A stretch of 64,000 nucleotides of DNA, taken from Octopus sinensis. Its lineage: Eukaryota. The stretch is taken from positions 45,322,001 to 45,386,000 of the forward strand of contig NC_043000.1 of the NCBI RefSeq assembly GCF_006345805.1, in the 5' to 3' direction. Made by a program: the position numbers and the translations under genes. Numbering within the stretch: the first letter of the stretch is position 1; each line of letters opens with the position of its first letter. Positions 24,925 to 37,885 of the stretch are shown here, piece after piece. The notes below the pieces were generated by a model, which saw only the letters and a list, made by a program, of their open reading frames with translations, was not told the DNA's origin and made no database searches.

Positions 24925-25003
24925 CTGGAGCTGTTTTACTTCAGTTACTTACTTCCTCAATGTCTTTGAGAATGGTATGAAATACACAGAATCTCATTAC
25001 CAG
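24925..25003 (+). other. Candidate 79-nt exon (plus strand)
   Basis: tttcaattcctag|...CAG|gtaatg. One open frame: WSCFTSVTYFLNVFENGMKYTESHYQ. Confidence 0.2.
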
Positions 25004-25154
25004 GTAATGTCACCAGACATTTTTTCACTGCGGAGCACTTTTGCATAAGTCTTTTTCCATGGACTATGGTATCATGTGCATAACAAAAACACAATAAAGT
25101 GAATATTATATAATTCACAATATACAATTTAATTACTATGTATGTAATCCTTTC

Positions 25155-25523
25155 TTTCCTACTATAGGCCTGAAATATGTTGGGAGTGGGCCAATCAATT
25201 AGATCGACCCCAGTATGTGACTGATACTTAATTTATTGACCTCGAAAGGATGAAAGGCAATTTTGGTGGAATTTGGAACTCAGAATGTAAAGACAGATGA
25301 AATACTTATTTCTTTACTACCCACAAAGGGCTAGACACAGAGGGAACAAACAAGGACAGACAAATGGAGTAAGTCGATAACATCCACCCCAGTGCATAAC
25401 TGGTACTTAATTTATCGACCCTAAAAGGATGAAAGGCAATTTGAACTCAGAACGTAACAGCAGGCGAAATACCGCTAAGAATTTCGCCCAGTATGCTAAC
25501 GTTTCTACCAGCTCACAGCCTTA
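25155..25523 (-). mobile_element. Nin/Deu-domain SINE with duplicated core (dimeric)
   Basis: The module ttctgagttc(c)aaatt...gcctttcatcc...gtcgat...taagta occurs twice within the element. Confidence 0.8.
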
Positions 25524-25691
25524 TTATAACATATATAATACATACATAATACAAAAACATCCTACAGAATGCAACAGTCATTAAAATAGAAATATGATTT
25601 AAAATTATATTCTTTCAGTGTAAGCTAATGCTAAATGATCCATGGTCCATTGGCTGAGACCATCACCAACTAAGAATCAGAATCCTTATTT

Positions 25692-26055
25692 TACTCTTTT
25701 ACTCTCTTTGACTTGTTTCAGTCATTTGACAGCAGCCATACTGAAGCACCACCTTTAGTCGAGCAAATTGACCCCAGGAATTATTCTTTGTAAGCCTAGT
25801 ACTTATTCTATTGGTCTCTTTTGCCGAACTGCCAAGTTACAGGGATGTAAACACACCAGCATTGGTTGTCAAACGATGTTGGGGGGACAAACACAGACAC
25901 ACAAACACACACATATACATATATACGATGGGCTTCTTTCAGTTTCACAAGGCTATAGTAGAAGATACTTGCTCAAGGTGCCATGCAGTGGGACTGAACC
26001 CGGAACTATGTGGTTGATAAGCAAGCTACTTACCACACAGCCACTCCTCTGCCTA
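25692..26055 (-). mobile_element. Bipartite SINE copy
   Basis: Matches the 7916-8362 family with an internal deletion. Confidence 0.85.
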
Positions 26056-26202
26056 CAAAATATTTGTTCATATTTGATTATATCTAGCTGAGATATGACT
26101 TGTGATGCAACATAACAAAGTGATCATTATTTCTGCAGGATGAATGTCAACAATGTTCATAATGTGAAAGACACAAAATGCCTTGTTATATTATATTATG
26201 TC

Positions 26203-26400
26203 AAAGCAGTGGGCTGGTAGAATGCTTAGCATGCCAGGCATAATGCTTAGAAGCATTTTGTCCATCTTTATGTTCTGACTACAAATTCCTTTTCGTATTT
26301 TTTTCATTTGATAAAATAAGTACCAGTTGGGCACTGGGATCAATGTAATTCACTTACCCCTTCCCCAAAAATTGCTGGCCTCGTTCCGAAATTTGAAATC
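26203..26400 (+). mobile_element. Decayed Nin/Deu-domain SINE
   Basis: gcagtgggctggtagaatgcttagcatgccaggc head and ataagtaccagttgggcactgggatcaatgtaatt core. Further decayed copies lie at ~27270-27930. Confidence 0.65.
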
Positions 26401-28039
26401 AATTTGACTTTTGCCTTTCGTTTTTCTGCAGTCAATAAAATGATAATACAGCATTGAAGTTGATTAACTTAACTAACACATGTTTGTAACCGTGTCTGTA
26501 TCTCTCAGTCACTGACATGCTTACAAGCTGGGGTAATTAATGTTAGTTCAGGTTCCATCTGACAACATGGGGCTATGGGTAGATGAATTTTGCTATAAGC
26601 CTTGGACTAGTTAATGCCTTATGACTGAAATTTGGTAGACAGAAATTGTGCAGAATCCTACTGTATGTGCATGTGTGTGTGTGTGTAAGAAAGAGCAAGA
26701 GAGAGAGAGAGAAAGAGAAGAAAGAGAGAGAGAGTGAAAGAGAGACGAAGTCTGTTTCCATATGTGTCCAGCATTAAAACCGCCGTTCAAGAATTTGGAC
26801 CTGGAGTTCTCCATTTCCAGCGACTTCAAGGGCCACCTCCCAGTGGTGTCAGGCATCAACGATGAGTATTCAACTACAAGACGAGCAAAGTTTTTTTTTT
26901 CCAAGGTCTGGTGTCTCCCGCCCCAAAGCCCTAGACCATCACCTAATCACCCTTACCCATCTTGTTGCTTAACAACAACATTTGTATTCTTTTATATCTG
27001 CTTCAAATAAAGCATCCCACTTCTCAGTGTTTTTGTTGGTTTTGTTTGTATGCCATTGAAATATAAATGCTGGTGATAGGAAGAGTAACTGAAGATAAAA
27101 TACTGCCTCAGTAAGACTTATCAAACCGTTACCTACATGGAGAAAGCAAATATAAATGCAATGATGATGGCAATGTTGTTTGTGGTGGTTGAAATGGTAT
27201 TGGTGCTGTTGTTATTGTCCTCTTGTTGGTGGTGGTGGTGGTGGTGGTGGTGCTGTTGGGTAGCAGTATTGGCTGAATACTTGACAAAATGGTTTACTGT
27301 AATTAGTTACTAACCTTTAAATTCTGAGTTCAAATCCACACTCCCACAGGTCGGCCTCACCTTTTAGTCTTATAGAACCTATCAAATAAATAACTGTCAA
27401 GTGCTGTTGTTGACACAGTCAACTCTTACCATAAAGGGTTTTGGGCCTTTGTAAACATCTTTATCAATAATGTTATTGATATTCATGGATGAAAGCAGTG
27501 GGCTGGCAATGAATTTGCAGAATTAATTGAAGGTTAGGGAAAATACCTTGTTTGTGGTCTTTAGTTGTATTAACTTAACATTCAGCATTTAAATCCCACC
27601 AAGGTTAATTCTATCTTTCATCATCCAAGAATGCATAAAATAATTAATAGTCATGTTATAGGGCAAATTGAATTGGCGCTGCTCATTCTCCACACACATT
27701 TTAGGCCATGCAGCTATGTTAGGAATCATTATTATCTTGCCATTTAGTTGTGGATTGGTAGAATCATTACTGTATCAGACAAAATGCCCTGCAGTATTTG
27801 TTGCCGACCTTCCCATTTGGAGTTCAAAATACCATTACGGTCGACTTTGTTTTTCATTCTTCCAGTGTCAATATAACAAAGTACCAATCAGATGTTGAGG
27901 GGCGGGGTCCATCTATCAACTAATCTCCTCCCCACAGAACTACAAGCTTTTTGATTAAATGCTTCTTGTACTTTTCCAACTGTCTGTCATAAGTCAATGT
28001 TGACTATTCTTGTTCTGTATTCATTTCTGGCAGACTCAC

Positions 28040-28150
28040 TTGATCTGCAGCAGGGATGACACCTGCTGCAGGTGAAGCTACTTGATGCAATGGAGAAGCG
28101 ACGCCTCTCATGTGCACTTTTGTGTTCTCTTTGTTATATTTCCTCAATAG
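28040..28150 (-). CDS. Candidate internal coding exon (111 nt, phase 0-0)
   Basis: gttcttaattccag|...GATCAA|gtgagt. Only one frame is open: LLRKYNKENTKVHMRGVASPLHQVASPAAGVIPAADQ. CpG-retaining and GC-richer than its flanks. Confidence 0.4.
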
Positions 28151-29722
28151 CTGGAATTAAGAACTTCAGCAATTGGTGCCATGCATTGCACCGCAGGGCC
28201 TTTTAACAAGAATTATTATCATGCAGTATTTTTATAGACATTCCAAATAAACATTTCAATGACATACCTTGTTTATATTAATCAAATTTCTTAGTTGATA
28301 TTTTTGTAATATCATTTATCAATAATTGATATTTTCAGACAATATATCTCAGCTCTTTGGATTTTATATATATCCTATTTTTATTTTGCTCTCTGTTTGC
28401 TCTCTGTTCATTATCAAAGGGAGCCCTATTTCCAACACATATACATTGCTCCAAGGCTAGGATCTAACTTAGAAATTTTATTTTTGATTTTAATTATAGT
28501 TTCAAGATTCCTGGAATATTCTATTCTTATCACAGTATTTCATCTCATAAATTATACATGATAGTTGTTTTGTTTGTTTCTGACTTTTTTCCCTGTCAAT
28601 TCAATATATACATTTTTCTACTAGTTCTAACCAGCTGTGCTGTGGCCTAGCTGGGGCACACTGGGATTTGAAGAGTGCATATAAATATGTTTAAGATTTT
28701 CCAAACTCTTTTATTTTGTCTTAAAATAAGACATGCTGGCAACTAATTTGTATAAAAGAACAGCATAGCAGTAAACACTCAGTGACACAGTTTCAGTTCA
28801 CAGCTAAAACAATTATGTTTCCCCTACACCTCCAGCTTTTGAGTTCAATTCTGTGTAATATCTAAGAATTAGTAGATTCCATTAGTTTCATTTGCAATTG
28901 CAAACTTAATCAGAGCCCCCGACCAATTGATGACTTAGATGCTAGACATTTTCATACACTGAATTATTAAAATATTCTTATTTATTTATTTCTCTTGTTA
29001 ATGGAATTGAACTAGTAATTGCTGTTTTTGATTCAGAAAATTGTAAAAAACTACTTTAAAACATATGAAACACAGAGACATTTTGTTATATTATATGATG
29101 AAGCTTTATAATCTCACATAGAAAAATTAATTTATTTCAAACCAACAGCTGATGCACCAGTTTGTTATTCTGTTTTAGCTTAAGAAATTTGATTATACAT
29201 TATTGTTTGCTTAGATTCTGGAAAAAGAAAAAAGAAATGTTGGGGAGATATTTCAGTGAATTAGAAATGAAATAGTTTTGTAGAATTCTCTGAAGAATCT
29301 CACTAGAATATTTTTGTCACTGCTAAGTATTCATGGTGTGTTTATTAATGTTGCATAGGAAACAAGAAATAGCAATACTTGCTCCGGCAGTCTTTTGTTA
29401 GTCAAGTATTGGTAATTATTTCAAGAGAAGATTTCCAAAATATACTGTGGCATCTAAAGGTAAATGTTCTGTTGGTAATTACTAGTATGTTCCAGCATTG
29501 ATTTCCAACATAAGCACAAGTTTCAGGAAAAGGTAAAGAAAAAAAAAAATGGAAAACAACTGTTGATAGAACTAATCTTTATGTATTCGTCATTGTCACC
29601 ATCATTGTCATCATTGCTGTCATGTTTATGTCAGGTTTTGAATGAGGCAGATTTTATACAGCCAGGTGCTCTTCCTGTCACCAATGTTCCCTTGTTTCCA
29701 AGCAAAATAACATTTCACATGA

Positions 29723-30132
29723 TTACTCTTTACTTGTTTCAGTCATTTGACTGTGGCCATGCTAGAGCACCGCCTTTAGTCGAGCAAATCGACCCCAGGA
29801 CTTATTCTTTGTAAGCCTAGTACCTATTCTATCAGTCTCTTTTGCCGAACTGCTAAGTTACGGGGACTCAAACATACCAGCATCGATTTGTCAAGCGATA
29901 TTGGTGGGGACAAACACAGATGCACAAACATATACTCACACATATATATATATATACACACACATATTTATACGACAGGCTTCTTCCAGTTTCTGTCTAC
30001 CAAATCCACTCACAAGGCTTTGGTCGGCTCGAGGCTATAGTAGGAGACACTTGCCCAAGGTGCCATGCAGTGGGACTGAACCCGGAACCATGTGGTTCGT
30101 AAGCAAGCTACTTACCACACAGCCACTCCTAT
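29723..30132 (-). mobile_element. Bipartite SINE copy
   Basis: Matches the family consensus seen at 7916-8362. Confidence 0.9.
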
Positions 30133-30819
30133 TGGACACATTTTTATAAAGACTAGCAATGAATAACACTGTTTGTATAACAATGACACTTACCTAATAC
30201 TGTTATGCAAGACAAGGAGGCACAAACACTCACATGCACACATGTGTATACATACACACATATATATAAATTGTATGTGTATATAAACACATACAGTGGC
30301 TTTGCTAATGTAGGATCAAGAGGAGTGATTGCTTTCCCCAGGCATATTTTTCAAAATTGATGCCTTTTCAACACTTTTTTTTCAACTCTTTACTTTACTT
30401 GTGTGAAAAAAGCCAAATCTCATTTTGTTGGTAATCGCCATGACCTAAGAACTTTTTGTGTGACCAACCATCCATGTTTTTGAACAGGCTGCTCAATCTC
30501 CTGTGATGTGTCAGTGGCAGCTGACATCTGAAGAACCAAAACAAACCCTGACAACATGACCTCCCAACACTGGATGATCCCGTGGAGTTTCATCTTTTTT
30601 CAGCATCACACCCATATCAGTAGTTGTAAGTTTCATACATAATGATATTGTTACTGAAATATTAAATTAATGAATGTAGAATACAAAGTGTATATATTAT
30701 AACTAATGAAATATTCCATGTAATATGAGAGAAATGAGTTTAAAATTGTTTGGTATGTGTCTCAACAACTTTTTTTTCATATGCTCACTCCCCTTAATTT
30801 TAGAACTTGGCTACACTAC

Positions 30820-30936
30820 TGTATGTATGTATGTATGTATGTATGTATGTATGTATGTATGTATGTATGTATGTATGTATGTATGTATGTATGTATGTAT
30901 GTATGTATGTATGTATGTATGTATGTATGTATGTAT

Positions 30937-30972
<36 letters not shown>
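30820..30972. repeat. Perfect (ATGT)n array followed by (TAGT)n
   Basis: Directly visible. Confidence 0.95.
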
Positions 30973-31121
30973 ATTTGGCTCAAAAGCAAATAGCAAGGCC
31001 ATGTAGGGGGACATGGAGTTAAGTACAGGGTGGTGTTCATGTAAAGAGTCAGGCCACTTGAGGTCAAGGGAGGCTTTGAACAAAGCGGTCGTCGGCATCT
31101 TCACCATCTCGTCTGGCAGCT
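30973..31121 (-). mobile_element. CR1/L2-type LINE 3' end
   Basis: Minus-strand KLPDEMVKMPTTALFKASLDLKW resembles the CR1 ORF2 terminal WNxLPxxVV...FKxxLDxxW motif. A short UTR and (ACTA)n tail follow. Confidence 0.6.
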
Positions 31122-32137
31122 TGTATGTATGTATGTATGCATGCATGCATGTATGTATGTATGTATGTATGTATGTATGTATGTATGTGTATGTATGTAT
31201 GTATATATGCGTGCATGTATGTATGTGTGTATAACAGACTAGTTTCCTTTTCCATCAAACAATTCCACTTATACGTTCTTGACCAGCCTGGGTCTGTAGT
31301 AGGAGATGCTCAAAGCACCACCCAGTGAAGATGAACACAAAATCATATGGTTTAGAATAGAACTTCTTAGCCACAAGTGCCATTCCTACACCAATGTATT
31401 ATTAGTACTTATTTCACTAAACTCAGAGTTATGGAAGCCAAATTAATTTCTCTGAAATCTAAGCAGAAAAGATTATATGCCAATTTAGATAGTATAATAA
31501 GCACTGCTTACTACCTGCACTTATAAATCTGTAGTGGAAAGTTATACTGTATATAATGAGCTGTTTTAAGGTTAAATGAAATGGATAATTTAGCACTATA
31601 AATCCATATAATAAACAGAACAAACTGGAAAATTTGTAACTGGTTTTCTGCTTGTTTTTTTCCAAACTGGTATATAACAGCAAGCCAGTAAAGAAGCCTT
31701 TATATAGTTATGGCCATCGCATGACTTTTAGAGCCCCCCCCCCTGCAACATTTTATTTCAAGGCCTCATCCCTTCAATCAATATTCATAACCTATGTACC
31801 TTTTATTCGTAGCTATATTTTACTTTATTCTGTCTGAAGTTCAATATTTCACGTTATCCTAAAGAACATCTTTAAAAGTACAAGTTAAATTTATTTAGGG
31901 CTGGAACTATTGTATTATTTCATGTTTATTACCTTAGGAGTTCAAAGGCCTCTGTTCTGGGTACAAAGTGGCCAGCTATACAGAGAGAGAGACAGACAGA
32001 CAGAGAGTTTGGTACTTGTCTGCCTATCTATCTATCTATCATCTCAAGCTGACCAAAGCCTTGTGAATGGGTTTGGCAGATGGAAACAGAAAAAAACCAG
32101 TTGTATATATGTGTGTGTGTTTGTGTGTGTGTGTGTA

Positions 32138-32169
<32 letters not shown>

Positions 32170-32826
32170 AATGAATGCATGTATGTTTGTATGTATGTAT
32201 ATGTATATATCCCCACCTTTCATCACCATTGCTTCTTTTTCTTGTCTTTTCTGTTGAAGTTGTTCTGATTGTCATTTTTTGGGATTTCTTTCATTTTTCT
32301 TTTATCTCCTTAGGGAATTTATTGACAAGCTATTTTCATTTACTTTTTTCCTTTCTTTTAAATTTATTTACAGTACATACTCATATTTTTTCATGGCTTG
32401 AAATTTTCAGTTAACTTCTTAACCAAAGTAAAGGTGACAGCCCTGTATGTAGTTGTTGTTCCTACCAGGAATAGCAGACAATTTTCCTAGAAATAACATT
32501 ATGACTTATAAAAAATTATCTACTGATTGGCTTGAATAATATTGTTCTATATACATTAACAACATGAAAAAATAAAAATATAAATTGTTAACAGTGACCA
32601 TGCTGTTGTTTTTACACCTCCAAAGCAAGCCTTCCTCATGTGTTAATTTGGCTGAAGCCAACTTGGGTTAAACAACAACAAGAGTATGAACAGGTAGGGA
32701 GTTCTGTAAGGCAGCAGTTCTGGAATATAAGTTTAGAGATATGGAGAAAAAAGCAATTGATTATTGGAATCCTATTTGAGCACAAATTTCTAATTATGAT
32801 ATTGCTCACAAATGTGAGCAATATAT

Positions 32827-33032
32827 ATAACGGGTTGCTGAAAAGTTCCTAGCTTTAAGGGTATCACAAAAGGCCTGGTTGGAGACCCAACTTTGCAAGT
32901 TCTTTTGTGGACTGCTGCAATAAGTGTGTGAATCTAAGAAGGGGAATAAGCTTAATAAAATCATATAGTTAACTGACCTCCTTGTATTTTCTTTTACCCA
33001 AAACCAGGAACTTTTCAGCACTTCCTTGTATA
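32827..33032. mobile_element. mariner-like MITE
   Basis: Imperfect TIRs tataacgggttgctgaaaagttcct / ggaacttttcagcacttccttgtata with TA ends. Confidence 0.75.
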
Positions 33033-33169
33033 AACAAATGCCATCTAATTAGTGTAGAATTGAAAGAGTTATATTATTCTGAAAAGAGGGAGAGGCTATG
33101 AATCAAATTGCACAGCCTAGCTAATTTAAAGGAGTAGAAACTATAAAAGAGATGATAGAAGTAATAGAG

Positions 33170-33340
33170 CAATGGTTCTCAAAACTTTTGACTTCATGGC
33201 ATACTAGAGCTGAAATAAAAATATTAATGGTACACTTCACATGAAGAAATTATGGGTGCATTTCACATGAAAGATTAAAAAATTATGGGCACAGTTTGCA
33301 TGGAAGTTTGAAAGTTCCCAGTACACTTTACATGGAAAAC
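33170..33340 (+). mobile_element. Possible hAT-type MITE end
   Basis: caatggttctcaaaacttt resembles the hAT/Charlie terminus CAGTGGTTCTCAAACTTT. Second TIR not found. Confidence 0.3.
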
Positions 33341-33978
33341 TAACAATTTTGGATGCAAAAGCGTATGTTTGCAATCAAACGTGTATAGCAAAAGATGTCT
33401 TTTTATTATCTCTTTATAATGAAGCAACTTTAAGCTATAACATTAGTGTATATATACCATCATTTAAAAACATTCTCTGGAACACATCTTTTAATCTTAT
33501 TCTAAAATCTACACTTTCAAATTCTTTCATGCACTTCAAATGATTCACAAGTCTGAAAGTTCAGTTTAACTTATAACATTGTATTTTTCTTTGTGTTCTA
33601 TTTTCTTTCTGTTTAATTGACACTTTGTTTACAAACATCATTAATTTTTTTCATTGCTGGATGTGTAAGTTTTATTTCTGGGCATCTGTTTTACATTTTT
33701 GCTTAAACTTATTGTTGATGTCAGTTTTGTAATTATATACTAATGAGTGTATTATAATTATTTATCTAATCAAATGTGACTGTGTCAGAATTCAAACATG
33801 TCAGCTATAGTTTAGATACATTCTGTATTAAATATCATTGTGAACTAGAAATAATTATGTGGTAGGGGTAATCTAATGTTAGTCAATGTTTTATATTGCT
33901 TTAATTATTTCATCAAATATGGAATGTAACATAAGACATATACCATAGCTATTAGTAGCCTATGAAAGCTATTCTGTG

Positions 33979-34309
33979 AAGGTGCATGTCTCAGTGGTTT
34001 GAATATTGGTTCACAATCATGAGGTAGAGAGTTCAATTCCCAGACCAGATTGTGTGCTGTGCTTTTGAGCAAGACACTTTATTTCACATTGCCCCAGTTC
34101 ACTCAGCTGTAAGAATGAGTTGCTATGTCACTGGTAGCAAGCTGTATCAGCCTTTACCTTTCCCATGGTTAGCATCAGTGGCATAGAGAGGGGAGACTAC
34201 ATGGGCGACTGCTGGTCTTCCATAAACAACCTTGCCAGGACTTGTGTCTCAGAAAAGAACTTTCTAGGTGTAATACCATGGTCATTCATGACCAAAGGGA
34301 GTTTTTACC
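33979..34309 (+). mobile_element. CORE-like tRNA-derived SINE
   Basis: tRNA head, then ttgagcaagacactttatttcacattgccccagttcactcagctgtaagaatgag (CORE-like), then a family-specific tail. Confidence 0.8.
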
Positions 34310-35341
34310 CTCATTGGATTGCAGCTATACTGGAGCACCACCTTGACAGTTAATGATTAAAATGCAAAGCTTTCACCTGACTTGCAGTTGTGAGTTTTAG
34401 AAATTTGCTTCTCACCCAGTGGTTTCATGTTCAGTCTCACTACATGGAACCAAATATAGGCAATCTCATTTATTTGCAAACTTCCTTGAAAACATGTCCA
34501 ACCATTGTGTTGTTCATGACCAAAGCACTAATTTAAAAGTAAAAGTTAAAGAATTTAGTGCTTTGTACCATAACGTATGTATGTGTGTACATATGTGAGA
34601 TGTGTGTCTGTGTGAGTATGTGTATTTGTGTGTGCCTGTGTGTGTGTGTCTATATGTGAATATGGGTATGTATACATTTACATGAATGTACTTGCCAATA
34701 CTTGCATATGAATGTATTAATGTACATGTTAATGTGTTTGTGACCATTCCTGTAATGGGAATTTGTGTATGCTCATACCATATCAATATTCTTGAAAATT
34801 TGCTGTCATCCCTCAAAACCAGCAAGGTGTGAAACTCCAACAACTTGAGTCCTTTTTGCTTCTGTATTTTCTTTTATGCCCTATTTTGTTCTCCCTTTGC
34901 ATGTCTCTTTCCCTACAGACCATATGTCATTTCACAATTTGTTATATTTATTTATTATTTATTCTATTATTCATCAAAATTAATGGTTAACTTATCACCC
35001 TCCAAAGCCAATTTCTTTGATAATCCTATTTTATTATTTTATTATATATTTTTCTGATCATTTCAAATTGTTTCTTTGGCTATTATTATTCTTATTTTTT
35101 CTTTATGGTATCTATCTACTGATTCTTTCTCTGAATTTGTGTTGATCTATATCCATTGTTCCCTTAAAGTAAATCATAAATGGCAAAGTGCTGAATACAT
35201 CTATTATCCATTCATATATATATATAGTCAGCTTACTCCCTGTAGTAGAGCTAATGTTTTCAACTACCATAAATCGTTCTAATGATTAGTTTGTTAGTTC
35301 TCTTTTTAGCACCCTTGTATTTATGGGCATTCACATGCGGA

Positions 35342-35750
35342 TACAGGGTGAGTTAATAGTAACTCTCCATTTTAAAATACTTATAAATTATATATTAATT
35401 GTAATTTTTTCTCAAATTTTTGTGTTTGTCGTTTGAGGTATGAGAATTTAACCTATAATCGTATATGTGGATGGCTGAATGCTCAGTTACCCAAGAGATG
35501 GATAGGTCTTTGTGGTCCACATGAGTGGCCAGCCAAGAGTTCCAATTTAACACCCTGTGACTTCTTTTTGGTGGGGTTGGTTAAAGGAACAAGTCTACTG
35601 TACAAAGCCAAAGACTTTCAAAGAACTTGAAGGGCGATTGTGAGAAGTTAAGTCTTCTTCCATCCCACAAGAGTTTCTAGTGAAATCAGCTGATGCAATT
35701 CCTGGGAGACTCAAGAAGCTGGTGGTGATATCTGGAGCTCATATGAACTC
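35342..35750 (+). mobile_element. Internally deleted Tc1/mariner transposon with transposase C-terminal fragment
   Basis: Starts TA-CAGGGTG. Encodes WIGLCGPHEWPAKSSNLTPCDFFL/WGWLKEQVYCTKPKT, equivalent to the WPxxSPDLNPxDFFLWG motif. Confidence 0.8.
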
Positions 35751-35754
35751 AAAT

Positions 35755-36325
35755 GCTGGGCCTCACAGAGGCAATGACAAAAGACCAAGACCTCTGGAGA
35801 TATGCTCTGATTGAGAAGACCCGACAAGTAAAGTGAGATCACAGCTGTAGCCTATACCAGTGTCACATAACCATCCCATTTAAAAAGTACCTCTGAATTG
35901 TCGGGCAACATGCTTGAGGATACCTATTGTGTCAAGTAAAATCAAAATCACAATCAGAATCTCAATCAAATTGAAATCAAAAAGGGAAATTGTAGTTGTG
36001 TCCAATGCCAGTGCTGCCTGACTTGCTCCATGTGATGGTGGGATGTAAAAAGCACCATCTGAACATGGTTGATGCTAGCCCCCCTGACCCGAATGGCTCC
36101 TGTGCTGGTAGCACATAAAAAAAGCACCAACTTAACATGGCTGATGCCAGTACTGCCTGACTGGCTCTCATGCTGGGGTTAGGAAGGGCATCCAGCTGTA
36201 GAAACATTGACAGATCAGACTGGAGCCTGGTGCAGCTGCTGGCTTTCCAGACCTCAGTCAAACCATCCAACCTATGCCAGCATGGAAAACGGATGTTAAA
36301 CAATGTTGTTGATGATGATGATATT
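35755..36325 (+). mobile_element. RTE LINE 3' end with (GAT)n tail
   Basis: LTEAMTKDQDLWRYALIEKTRQVK* followed by a 3'UTR ending cggatgttaaacaatgttgttgatgatgatgat. Confidence 0.8.
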
Positions 36326-37474
36326 TGAATGTACATTTTGTATGCTTGATAATATTGCTTTAACATTTATTATATACATAACAAGATTATGAAACAGCTG
36401 TAAGCAAATGAAATAAAGATATGCTCTCTTATCTCAGTTCTCTTATCTGTTCTACACACACACACATGCACACACGTATATGTGTTTGTATACATATATG
36501 TGTATATATATATGTGTTTGTGTGTGTGCGTGTGTGTGTTTGTGTGTGTATTCATATGCATACACAGACACATACACATAAGTATAATGTAAGCCCATTA
36601 TGCAATAAAGTACGTGGACATAATAATACCCAGCTTCCTTATCACTCAAAAGCACTGACATATTCAAGATCGTTTATCAAACTTATTAAAATTATTGAAT
36701 CATGGAATTTGCAAAATACAGAGTCATATAAGTGAAAATGGAAAATTAAGTAACATCTAAATCATCAGTCTTACTAATGAAGTTAATTTAATTAAAGAAT
36801 TATTGAAATACTATTATAATTATATTTTATCTTGAGAAGTTTAACAGACATAAAATTAGAAGAAGGAAAAAATGCGTTTTATTATATTTATAAATTAGGT
36901 TGTATCTGTTTAATGTTTGAATTACATGAGTCATAAATTTTACTAAAATTACCCATTTAAAAAACAACCTTACATTTTTGATATCCATAAAATATTGATG
37001 AAAGAAATTTACTTTTGAAACTGATTATTTTATGTATTTTTAAGAGGTACTTCAAGAAAAAATACAATAATTTCGATTCGTGATAAATTTGGCATAATTT
37101 TATATCAACTAAAGATCTCACAAACTTTCCTATAGGTTGTAATATGTTTTAATCATGAGAACTTGCCATCATAAATATATGTATATATATGACTTGGGTA
37201 TACTTAAAATAGGGTGATGAACTAGGTGTCTATGAAGAAAATTCATTCTTTAAAGATGAAGTGTGTTTATATAATTTGCTAAAAAGTTAGTTAAAATATA
37301 TATTTCAAATAAATTTAGTGAACAAAGATGTTTAAAGAATGAGTTATGTAGCTTAGTCATGTGATTCTGTCTATGTGATAGAGGAAAATTAATTGTTTCT
37401 TTGACAGTTCATTCATAGACACTTATAACAAAAGCATTGAGAATTCTTTGCAAATTTATTTTAATAAACTTCAG

Positions 37475-37515
37475 ATGTCATCTCATTGTCAGTTGAAGCT
37501 GTTTGGGTTGATATG
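37475..37515 (+). other. Candidate 41-nt exon followed by a 64-nt canonical intron
   Basis: tttattttaataaacttcag|ATG...ATG|gtaagt, with intron 37516-37579 ending tatttattgtatatcag. Confidence 0.3.
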
Positions 37516-37839
37516 GTAAGTGTCAGACTACCATCTGAAAGGTCAAAGTTTATTCATTTATTTATTTATTGTATATCAGGTACTCAGTGAAAATTAATGT
37601 TACTGATCACAGATTTTTCTCACAGGCCAGTTACTGGTTCACTACCCTTCTGATACAGGGATGACAAAGAACTATCTATACAGCAGATGTAACAAATATC
37701 ACATAGGGTATATTTGTTCAAAGGCACTAACTTTTTTACCTTCTTTGATGATTTTTTTCCTTTCTTCACCAATAAGTATGTATGAAAGATACACACACAC
37801 ACTCACACACGTGCACACACACGTGCACACACACATGCA

Positions 37840-37885
<46 letters not shown>

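Noticed and set aside
30820-30972. Regular repeat arrays as CRISPR-like structures
   Set aside because: They are pure 4-bp tandem repeats without unique spacers, in a eukaryotic context with no cas genes.
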